DNA from: an uncultured Chloroflexia bacterium
GTDB lineage: Bacteria; Chloroflexota; Limnocylindria; Limnocylindrales; CSP1-4
NCBI GenBank assembly: GCA_963813535.1
Contig: CAWEZH010000002.1
Coordinates: forward strand, 1,975,082 to 2,039,081
DNA: 64,000 nt
Direction of reading: 5' to 3'
The notes below the pieces were generated by a model. The model did no database searches. It saw only the letters and a program-made list of their open reading frames with translations, and was not told the origin of the DNA. A program made the position numbers and the translations under genes. This document shows, piece by piece, positions 56,598 through 64,000 of this stretch; within the stretch, counting starts at the first letter, position 1; every line of letters begins with the position of its first letter.

Positions 56598-57250
56598 GCG
56601 TCCTTCGCGTCCCCGCGTTTCCGCTCCGACTTCCGGAATCGTTTCGAGCCGTAGCCTCGGAGCATGCCGTTCACGATGCGCGTCGCGAACGCGGCATCGA
56701 GGTCACCGCCGAACATCACCCGGAAGTAGACGGGACCGACGAGGAGTTCCGTTGCCACGCCGACGTCCGCGTCCGGGCGCAGGTCGCCGCGGGCGATCCC
56801 GCGCTCGATGACCCGGGCGATCTCGTTCCGCCGGGCCTGGACGACCGTCGCCCGGAACGGGTCACCCAGCGTCGGGTCTGTGGCGATCTGGGACAGCACC
56901 GACCGGATGACCGGGCCGAACGGCGTGTCGGTCACCGCGTGCATCGGGTTGAGGACCGAGGCCAGCAGCTCCTCACGGGTATCACCCGTCTCGGCCACCG
57001 CGATATGGGGCCCGGCCAGCTGCGCCAGAAGCTCCCCGGCGAGCTCGGCCTTCGTCGTCCAACGACGATAGATCGCGGCCTTGCTGACGCCCGCTCGAGC
57101 TGCCACGTGCTCGATGCGAAGGTGCGCGAAGCTGCCCTCCGTCAGGAGCTCGCATGTCGCGGCGAGGATCTTCTGATGCGTGGCATCGCTGCGGGGGCGG
57201 CCTCGCGATCGGGGTCGGGGCGGCGACTCGAGTGTCGACGGCGCGGTCAT
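56594..57250 (-). CDS. TetR/AcrR family regulator
   Basis: RGRPRS...IEHVAARAGVSKAAIYRRW and RGIARGDLRPD. Confidence 0.9.
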   Translation of the reverse strand: MTAPSTLESPPRPRSRGRPRSDATHQKILAATCELLTEGSFAHLRIEHVAARAGVSKAAIYRRWTTKAELAGELLAQLAGPHIAVAETGDTREELLASVLNPMHAVTDTPFGPVIRSVLSQIATDPTLGDPFRATVVQARRNEIARVIERGIARGDLRPDADVGVATELLVGPVYFRVMFGGDLDAAFATRIVNGMLRGYGSKRFRKSERKRGDAKDA

Positions 57251-57266
57251 CGTCGACACATCATAC

Positions 57267-57352
57267 GAAACGCTCCGTACCGATTTGACCCCGTTTTGCG
57301 ACACGGCGACAACACTCCGATGATCTTGGCCGTTTAGGATACGGTTCGTATC
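57267..57352. promoter_or_regulatory. Two related 15-bp palindromic operators between the divergent TetR and Zn-ribbon genes
   Basis: GAAACGCTCCGTACC (57267-57281) and GATACGGTTCGTATC (57338-57352), adjoining or overlapping the TATGAT and TAGGAT -10 boxes. Confidence 0.65.
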
Positions 57353-57376
57353 GTATCTAATCATCTGGAGATCATC

Positions 57377-57619
57377 ATGTACGACAAGTCCCAGGTCGTG
57401 GACCTCATCGAGAGGGCCAACGACGCTCGACCGTTCTGTCCGTGTGGCCGCCACACCACTCCCGTCTGGCGGGATGGTGTCGTCTGGCTCGAGTGCGCGT
57501 CGCTGAGCGACGAGCGCGACGGTATCGTCGCGCGCCTGCTCGCGACGGCGACCGCGCCCATCCACATCAAGAGCCCCATCATCGACGTCCCGGCGGCTGA
57601 CTCGCGACTCGCCGCGTAG
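57377..57619 (+). CDS. Small Cys/His protein, putative Zn-ribbon
   Basis: GGAG RBS; FCPCGRH...WLEC...HIK. Confidence 0.7.
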   Translation: MYDKSQVVDLIERANDARPFCPCGRHTTPVWRDGVVWLECASLSDERDGIVARLLATATAPIHIKSPIIDVPAADSRLAA

Positions 57620-57641
57620 TCTCGCGAACGCCCCCGAGGTC

Positions 57642-58448
57642 CTACGACGTCGGCAGGGGCTTGCGCCTGGCAGCCAGCGTTTCCTTCCGATGGCTGCCCT
57701 GGACCGGGAGCCGTGCGAGTGCGGTGGCTGCGTCGTCCCACGTCGCGCCCCGGTCGATCGACCGCAGCTCGCTGAGCTTCCGGTAGGTCCACAGGTATCG
57801 GTCACCGTCGGTCTTGAAGTCGTAGGCGACCTTGAGGCCGGTCCGATCGATCGCCTCGAGCGCGGGCACCCAGCTGGTCGTGTACCAGTCGCGGGTCGCG
57901 TCCGGCAATGTCACCAGTTCGCCGCGAGCTTCGCTGAGCTCGAAGGCGTGCGCTTCGATGACCTGGAGCAGCTCTCCGTAGCCGACCGGCCGGGAGAACT
58001 CGATGACGGCGTCCGGAGCGACGGCCTTGAGCTTCGTGCGCTCTTTGAACCGACGATGCTGCTCGGTATGGACGAGCTCGAGGATGTCGACGCCCGGATG
58101 GAGCCGATGCGATGTCCGGAGCAGCGTCACTTCGGCGTCGATGAAGGCGCCGCCCTGCCTGCGGCTGAGAGCGACGCGGTGATGGCCATCAACGACGAAA
58201 TACAGGCCGCCCGCTTCATAGACGGTGATCGGAGGCAGCGGTCGGTCGCCGAAGGCCGCGTCGAGCGCGTCGAGGCGCCGCTTCAGGTCTCGCCGACGGG
58301 TACGGAAGAACCGGTCGAAGTCGACGGACCGGTCCACCGAGCCGACGATCTTCTCGATCGGGATCTCACGGAGACCGACGTAGCTCTCCCCGAGGACCCG
58401 CAGGTGGCTGGTGACGTCGCGGAGCGGCAGGAGCGACTGGTCGGTCAT
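57642..58448 (-). CDS. ParB-like N-terminal / DUF4032-type protein
   Basis: IPIEKIVGSVDR.DFDR, LPPITVY and YFVVDGHHRV. Confidence 0.72.
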   Translation of the reverse strand: MTDQSLLPLRDVTSHLRVLGESYVGLREIPIEKIVGSVDRSVDFDRFFRTRRRDLKRRLDALDAAFGDRPLPPITVYEAGGLYFVVDGHHRVALSRRQGGAFIDAEVTLLRTSHRLHPGVDILELVHTEQHRRFKERTKLKAVAPDAVIEFSRPVGYGELLQVIEAHAFELSEARGELVTLPDATRDWYTTSWVPALEAIDRTGLKVAYDFKTDGDRYLWTYRKLSELRSIDRGATWDDAATALARLPVQGSHRKETLAARRKPLPTS

Positions 58449-58518
58449 TCGACGTCGATCGTACGCCTGACAGTCCCGTCATCAGGTCGAGCCGCGCGCG
58501 GCACGTATCATCGACGCC

Positions 58519-59391
58519 ATGACCGACCCCATGACGCATACCCTCGAGGTCCCGGGCGCCGTTCTCACGTACGACCTTCGAACCAACCCATCGAACACGG
58601 AGCCGGTGCTGATGATGATCGGCTCGCCGATGGGCGCGGCCGGTTTCGAGACGCTCGCCGGGTACTTCACGGACCGCTCGATCGCGACCTACGATCCGCG
58701 CGGAGCGGAGCGGAGCACGAAGGCCGACCCGACCACCGAGTCGACGCCCGATCAGCACGCCGATGACCTCCATCGGATCATCGGGGCGCTCGAGGCTGGA
58801 CCGGTCGATCTGTTCGCCAGCAGCGGCGGCGCGGTGAACGCCCTGGCACTCGTCGCGAAGCATCCCGAGGACGTCCGAACGCTCGTCGCCCACGAGCCCC
58901 CGTCGGCGCAGGTCCTCGAGGACCGCGAGAACGCCCTCGCGACGTGCCGTGCGATCCACGAGACGTACGAGCGGAGCGGCTGGGGCGCCGGCATGGCCCA
59001 TTTCATCGCGGTCGTCAGCCACCGTGGTCCGTTCCCCGACGACTACGCCACGCAGCCTCCGCCGGACCCGCAGGCGTTCGGGATGCCGGCGGACGACGAC
59101 GGCACACGGACCGACGTGATGCTGGGGCAGAACCTCGTCACGTGCACCCACTACGAGCACGACTTCGACGCGCTCCGGGCAGCCTCGACCCGGATCGTGC
59201 TGGCCGCGGGCGAGGAGTCCGAGGGCGAGATGGCCAACCGCGGCGCCCACGGCGTGGCCGAGCGCCTCGGGACCACGCCTGTCCCGTTCCCAAGCAACCA
59301 CGGCGGGTTCCTCGGTGGCGAGTACGGCCAGACCGGAGAGCCCGAGGCGTTCGCAGCGAGGCTGCGCGAGGTCCTCGCGAGCAAGGGCTGA
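58519..59391 (+). CDS. Alpha/beta hydrolase
   Basis: TYDPRG, FASSGGA nucleophile elbow, HEPP and NHGGF. Confidence 0.88.
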   Translation: MTDPMTHTLEVPGAVLTYDLRTNPSNTEPVLMMIGSPMGAAGFETLAGYFTDRSIATYDPRGAERSTKADPTTESTPDQHADDLHRIIGALEAGPVDLFASSGGAVNALALVAKHPEDVRTLVAHEPPSAQVLEDRENALATCRAIHETYERSGWGAGMAHFIAVVSHRGPFPDDYATQPPPDPQAFGMPADDDGTRTDVMLGQNLVTCTHYEHDFDALRAASTRIVLAAGEESEGEMANRGAHGVAERLGTTPVPFPSNHGGFLGGEYGQTGEPEAFAARLREVLASKG

Positions 59392-59403
59392 CCGCCGAGC
59401 CGC

Positions 59404-59841
59404 CTATCGAAGGTTTCGACGGCCGGTGAGGATGAGGCCTGCCCGCAGCGGCACCCCGGCGAGCAGGAATGGCAGGGCGAATCCGATCCCAAGTGCGAAC
59501 GCCAACGGGGCGGTAACCAGCCCGAGAGCGGCACCGCGTCGGCGACCTTGCCAGAGCCACGTTCCCGCGACCACATCGAGTGCACACACTCCGATCAGTA
59601 CCCACGCGAGTGCGGCGAACTGATCAGGGGCGAGACGCTCGAATGGTCCCCCTGCAAGCGCGCGGAAACCCCACGGTGTCATCGGCAATTCGCCGGTACG
59701 AGCGTGATGCCGCACGGCGATCGCCGTTCCGATGCCGAAGCCGACCCCCAGGGCGACGTGCATCGATGCGGCCGCACGGATGGAGCGACGTCCCGACGTG
59801 GCGGCCGGCGAGATCGCGGCATCGAGCGGTCGCACGTCCAT
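59404..59841 (-). CDS. Hypothetical membrane protein
   Basis: ATG overlaps the upstream TGA; GELPMTPWGFRALAGGPFE and 4 hydrophobic segments. Confidence 0.7.
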   Translation of the reverse strand: MDVRPLDAAISPAATSGRRSIRAAASMHVALGVGFGIGTAIAVRHHARTGELPMTPWGFRALAGGPFERLAPDQFAALAWVLIGVCALDVVAGTWLWQGRRRGAALGLVTAPLAFALGIGFALPFLLAGVPLRAGLILTGRRNLR

Positions 59842-60478
59842 CACTCTGTGACGACCGTGCCTGCCCGGACCGATCGGCCGCGAGCGGCGACGCGCGTCTC
59901 GGTGATTCCCAGCCAGATCGCCCACGCTGGATAGGCGACGTACGTCCCAAGCCAGCCCACCGAGGCGATCCAGGCCCAGGCCGGCGCCGTAGACGCGTCG
60001 TCCAGGCGCAGGGGGATGGCCGGGAGGGCCACGATGCCGACCATCATCAGCGCCCCGGCAGCGATGCCGATCGCCCGAAGCCGCCGGGGCATCGTCGCCG
60101 CACCCGATCACGCTGCGGTTCAGGACGACGAGCCAGGTGCCGATCGCGGCGAACCCGATGCTCGAGACGAGCCCCGCGAAGAAGAAGCCGGTCGTGCCCG
60201 ACACGACGAGGGTCGAACCGACCACCGTGATGCCGGCGCCAAGGAGCGCTGCCCCGACCACGAGGTTCGACGTCCGGGCCGATAGCTGACTGCGAAGCCG
60301 CCAGGCGAGCGCCGCAGCTGAGCACACCGGTCGCGGCATTGCCGATGTCGTTGATGGTCCCGAACGGCCCCCCGACGACGAAGAACGTCGCCAGGCAGGC
60401 CACGCTGCCAGCCGCTACCGCCCCGACCGCGAGGGCCAGCCGCCCTGTATCCCGTGCTCGAGCTTCGTCCATCATCAT
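59841..60478 (-). pseudogene. Membrane protein split by two +1 frameshifts (about 60318 and 60104); pseudogene or sequencing error
   Basis: Three consecutive hydrophobic fragments in three frames join into one multi-TM protein; GGAGG RBS at the start. Confidence 0.6.
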
Positions 60479-60523
60479 CGACCTCCGACACTCCGCTATG
60501 GCCTAGTCTCCGCGTAGTATTAT

Positions 60524-60544
60524 TTGGCTGACACTAACAGTCAA
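60524..60544. promoter_or_regulatory. Imperfect palindrome TTGGCTG-N7-CAGTCAA, probable TetR operator over a TTGACT -35
   Basis: AT-rich divergent intergenic region; 7-bp inverted repeat with one mismatch. Confidence 0.5.
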
Positions 60545-60566
60545 TAGAAACGGAGTCGTGCGCTCG

Positions 60567-61172
60567 ATGCCACGCACCTATAACCTCGGTCGACGCGCCG
60601 CACCGAAGGCCGATACGCGGGCACGGATCGTGGCCGCGGCCCTCGTGATCTTTCGCGATCACGGATTGGCCGGAGCGTCGAACCTCGCGATCGCCCGCGC
60701 CGCCGATGTCGCTCCGGCCACGGTGCGCAACCACTTCCCCGAGCAACGCGATCTCGCGCGCGCCGTCTTCGACGCCCTGATCGTCGAGCTCGAGATCCCG
60801 ACGCCGGCGATCTTCGACGGCATCGACGACCTTGGTTCGCGGATCGAGCGGCTCGCGGTGGAGCTCGCCGCGTTCTACGAGCGGAGCGAGCCGTGGTGGC
60901 GGGCGTACGAGCGCGAACCCGAGCTCATCAGCGCATGGGGCGGCGGCGTCGACCAGTACTACGCGGACATCGATCTGCTGATGCGGGCGGGGCTTGGCGA
61001 ACTGGCTGACGACGAGCGGTCTGTGGCGGTCATCGCCTCGGTGATCGGGCCACCGACCTTCTTCGCGCTCCGAGGGCGCGGCCTCTCATCCGATGAGGCG
61101 GTGCGACTCAGCATGGAGCTCGCCACACCCTGGCTCGAGCGGCGCCACGACCTCCTGACAGGACGGTCGTGA
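60567..61172 (+). CDS. TetR/AcrR family regulator
   Basis: TRARIVAAA...IARAADVAPATVRNHFP. Confidence 0.88.
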   Translation: MPRTYNLGRRAAPKADTRARIVAAALVIFRDHGLAGASNLAIARAADVAPATVRNHFPEQRDLARAVFDALIVELEIPTPAIFDGIDDLGSRIERLAVELAAFYERSEPWWRAYEREPELISAWGGGVDQYYADIDLLMRAGLGELADDERSVAVIASVIGPPTFFALRGRGLSSDEAVRLSMELATPWLERRHDLLTGRS

Positions 61173-61215
61173 CGCGCTCACGCTCTGGGGAGAGCCTCTA
61201 TGGAGGCCGGACCCG

Positions 61216-61647
61216 TCAGGCAGTGGCCTTCTGAGCGGCCTTCCCCTGCTGGAGGATCCGGATCGGGTTGCCGAACGGATCGCGGATGCCCATGTCGGTG
61301 CCGTAGAAGTGATCCGTGGGCTCCTGGGTGAAGTCGGTCACGCCCCGTGACTTGAGCATGTCGTAGAGGCCCCGCGCATCGTCGGTGATGAACACGAGGC
61401 CACCCAGCGCACCCTTCGTGATGAGCTCCCGGATCTGCGCCGCGGTCGCGTCGTCGTGCAGCGGCGCCCCCGGCTGCTCGAGTGAGACCTCGGTGCCCGG
61501 CTGGCCCGGGACCCGAACCGTGAGCCAGCGGTAATCACCCTGGCGGACGTCGTTGCCCTTCTCGAGCCCGAGCTTGTTGACGTAGAAGTCGAGGGCCTCC
61601 TCCTTGTCGAGGACGTAGATCGAGGCGACGTTGAGACTGGTGATCAT
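61216..61647 (-). CDS. VOC/glyoxalase family protein
   Basis: IYVLDKEEALDFYVNKLG, RWLTV and RDPFGN. Confidence 0.9.
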   Translation of the reverse strand: MITSLNVASIYVLDKEEALDFYVNKLGLEKGNDVRQGDYRWLTVRVPGQPGTEVSLEQPGAPLHDDATAAQIRELITKGALGGLVFITDDARGLYDMLKSRGVTDFTQEPTDHFYGTDMGIRDPFGNPIRILQQGKAAQKATA

Positions 61648-61691
61648 CTCGCGAGTTCTCCTTAGCCTGTGGAATGCCGATGTCGGTCACC

Positions 61692-62144
61692 CTACGGCGC
61701 GGGCGCGGGCGTGGCTTCTCCGAAACTGCTCAACCGCGTCGCTTCTCCGGCCGCTTCCCGCGGCCGCATCGCTGCCAGCTGGACGCAGTGGGGCGCGACG
61801 ATCGGCCCGTGCCCCTGGCGATAGTCGGACGGCGACTCGCCGACGATCTCCCGGAACGTCCGACTGAAGGTCCCGAGGCTGGTGAAGCCGACATCGAGGC
61901 AGACGTCAGTCACGCTCCGGTCGGTCTCGCGCAGGAGGAACATCGAGCGCTCGACCCGTCGCCGCTGCAGGTAGCGGTGTGGCGTCTCCCCGAAGACGGC
62001 GCGGAAGGTCCGGATGAAGTGGGCCGGGGAGATATGGGCCACCGCGGCCACGGCGGGGACGTCGAGGGGCTCGGCGTAGGCGCGGTCCATGGCGTCGCGG
62101 GCGCGCAGCAGGCGCCGGTTCAGGTCCTCGGCTTCCCGACTCAC
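61692..62144 (-). CDS. AraC-family HTH-only regulator
   Basis: RARDAMDR...SPAHFIRTF...VGFTSLGTFSRTF; typical partner of the VOC gene. Confidence 0.9.
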   Translation of the reverse strand: MSREAEDLNRRLLRARDAMDRAYAEPLDVPAVAAVAHISPAHFIRTFRAVFGETPHRYLQRRRVERSMFLLRETDRSVTDVCLDVGFTSLGTFSRTFREIVGESPSDYRQGHGPIVAPHCVQLAAMRPREAAGEATRLSSFGEATPAPAP

Positions 62145-62215
62145 GGTGCCACGCTACGCCATCAGGGCGTCAGCGTCCTCGGCCGCTCGACGATGTCCGT
62201 GGGGTAGCGCGATCG

Positions 62216-63034
62216 TCACAGGGGGATCGGGCCCTGGCGGATCACATCCCGAACGAGGTCGACCGATACGGCATCCCCGGGGAAATCGACCAGCCACCAC
62301 GTCGCCCCGGCGGTCGCGTACGGCGCGGGATCACGCCCTGGCGGCAACGCCGCAACGATGTCGAACGGAGTAGCGGAGGTGCCCGCTTCACGGCGCATGC
62401 CGGTGAGCTGCGCGGCCATCTCAGCCAGCTGATCGGGGTGTTCCAGGTTCACCGGGATGAGCCCGTCGTGGCGCGCCGCGCGCTGCAACGGCCTGGTCGC
62501 GCCGTATGTGGCCGCGACCCAGATCGGCACACCCGGCCGTTGGATGGGCCGCGGGAGGAACCGCATCCCATCCACCGTGTAGTGCTCGCCGCGGTGGCGT
62601 ACCGGCTCACCGGACCAGGCGGCGACGAGGATCTCGAGGGACTCGTCGAGCATGCGTGCCCGGACCCGGTCGTCGAGCTCCTCGCCCGTGATCGAGTACT
62701 CATTGCCGAAGGTGTCGCTGCCCACGCCGACGCCGAGCGTGAGGCGCCCGCCGCTCAGGCGGTCGAGCGTCGCGGTCTCCCTGGCGACCTTCGCCGGTCG
62801 ACGTCGAGCGAGTGGTGTGACCATCGGGCCGAGGCGGAGACGCTCCGTCGCCGTGGCGATGGCTGCGAGCGTGATCCACGGATCCGCCACCTCGACGACG
62901 GGCTCGCGCCAGCGCAGGTGGTCCCACACGAACACCCCGTGCCACCCACCGTCTTCCGCCTCGGCAGCGAGGCCGGCGACGGTCGCCGGGTCAGACAGCG
63001 CGTCGAAGATCGGAAGGAACAGGCCCGAGCGCAC
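62216..63034 (-). CDS. LLM class flavin-dependent oxidoreductase
   Basis: FVWDH, DPWITLAAIA and TLDRLSGGRLTLGVG. Confidence 0.9.
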   Translation of the reverse strand: MRSGLFLPIFDALSDPATVAGLAAEAEDGGWHGVFVWDHLRWREPVVEVADPWITLAAIATATERLRLGPMVTPLARRRPAKVARETATLDRLSGGRLTLGVGVGSDTFGNEYSITGEELDDRVRARMLDESLEILVAAWSGEPVRHRGEHYTVDGMRFLPRPIQRPGVPIWVAATYGATRPLQRAARHDGLIPVNLEHPDQLAEMAAQLTGMRREAGTSATPFDIVAALPPGRDPAPYATAGATWWLVDFPGDAVSVDLVRDVIRQGPIPL

Positions 63035-63070
63035 GATCCAGCGGGACCTATGAGGCCCGGCAGGTCGGCG

Positions 63071-63688
63071 TCACTCGTCGGCTCTGCCGAACGTGGCCCG
63101 CCCGGCAGGTCGATACGTCTGGAGCATCACGCCGGACGGCGTCGATAGCGATTCGACGAGTTCCAGGTCGTGCGTCTGGCCGTGCTCCGGGAAGAGCCGA
63201 CGCCCATCGCCTACCACGACGGGGGAGATCCGCAGGTTGAGCTCGTCGACGAGGTCGTGCTCGAGCAGCCAACGGAGCAGCTCGCCGCTGCCGTGGACCT
63301 GGAGCTCGCGCCCGGGCGTGGCCTTGAGCTCGCGCACCGCAGCCTCGACGTCGCCATCGATCACGTTGGTGTTCCAGCCAGGATCCTTGAGCGTGGTCGA
63401 GGGCACGTACTTGGGCAGGACGTTGATGCCGTGGGAGACCGGATCGCTGGGGCCGCCATCGTGGTGGGGCCAGTAGCTCTCGAAGATCTCCCATGTCTTT
63501 CGTCCGAGGAGTAGCGCGTCCGCACGCTCGAACATCGAGGTCAGGAAGCGCCCGGTCTCCTCGTCGGCATGCGCGGCGGTCCAACCGCCGCGATCGAACC
63601 CGCCGCTTCGGTCTTCATCGGGGCCTCCGGGGCCCTGGTACACGCCATCCACGGTCAGCATCATCGATGCGAATAGCTTCATGGTCAT
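63071..63688 (-). CDS. Dihydrofolate reductase/RibD C-terminal family protein
   Basis: TVDGVYQGPGGPDED, LLLGRKT, VHGSG and PVVVGDGRRLF. Confidence 0.88.
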   Translation of the reverse strand: MTMKLFASMMLTVDGVYQGPGGPDEDRSGGFDRGGWTAAHADEETGRFLTSMFERADALLLGRKTWEIFESYWPHHDGGPSDPVSHGINVLPKYVPSTTLKDPGWNTNVIDGDVEAAVRELKATPGRELQVHGSGELLRWLLEHDLVDELNLRISPVVVGDGRRLFPEHGQTHDLELVESLSTPSGVMLQTYRPAGRATFGRADE

Positions 63689-63876
63689 CGCTCCTTCGCC
63701 TCGGGGCCGCAGATGGGCATGGCACGGTCCTAGTCGGCCGCGGTCAACGGCTTGATCCGAGAGCCGATTCGGCGCAAACAGGACTGATCCGATCTCAGAC
63801 GCCGATGGGGCTCGGTCTATTGTGCGCGGTCGTCATCGAAGGTCCACCGTGCGGCAGCGGTATCATCGGCGTCCGC

Positions 63877-63952
63877 GCGCCTGTAGCTCAGTGGATAGAG
63901 CGTCGGCCTCCGGAGCCGAAGGTCGCAGGTTCGAATCCTGTCGGGCGCGCCA
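63877..63952 (+). tRNA. tRNA-Arg (CCG)
   Basis: GCGCCTG/CGGGCGC acceptor stem, TCGGC-CTCCGGA-GCCGA anticodon arm, GGTTCGAATCC, encoded CCA; TATCAT -10 at 63861. Confidence 0.96.
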
Positions 63953-64000
63953 GTTCAACCTTTTCCGGCAGTCCCAGCGCCAACCCGTGCGCGTAGGCCG

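Noticed and set aside
57642-58448. ParB-like protein as a plasmid/partition or defence system
   Set aside because: No ParA, parS, HTH region or defence partners; fits a chromosomal DUF4032-type family.
63877-64000. tRNA-Arg or tRNA-Asp as island integration sites
   Set aside because: No integrase or duplicated tRNA 3' end seen in the window; sequence beyond 64000 is not visible.
1-64000. CRISPR arrays, IS transposases, prophage, retron/RT genes
   Set aside because: No regularly spaced repeats or recognisable motifs for these were found.

Overview
GC-rich (roughly 70% by eye) bacterial chromosomal segment. The gene content and pervasive leaderless-type promoters resemble Chloroflexota such as Limnocylindria, or Actinomycetota; this is an inference and was not searched. 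The window holds about 65 CDSs and 2 tRNAs (Asp-GTC, Arg-CCG), with no prophage, transposase or CRISPR array. Coding content: a 4xGAF/2xGGDEF/EAL signalling protein, pabB-pabC, a 7-gene amine/imino-acid catabolic operon, kamA, an MMPL plus AttH-like lipoprotein pair, a Zur-like regulator with a ZIP transporter, and many housekeeping or orphan genes. The most notable unexplained signals are non-coding. There is a stand-alone structured RNA gene of about 175 nt with its own promoter and terminator (52820-53032), directly followed by an ERIC/IRU-like miniature inverted-repeat element (53036-53156). Several clean operator palindromes occur (Fur/Zur box, kamA, TetR), and two genes may start at GTA/ATA codons overlapping an upstream TAG. 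Five single-base +1 frameshifts in four genes suggest residual sequencing insertion errors.
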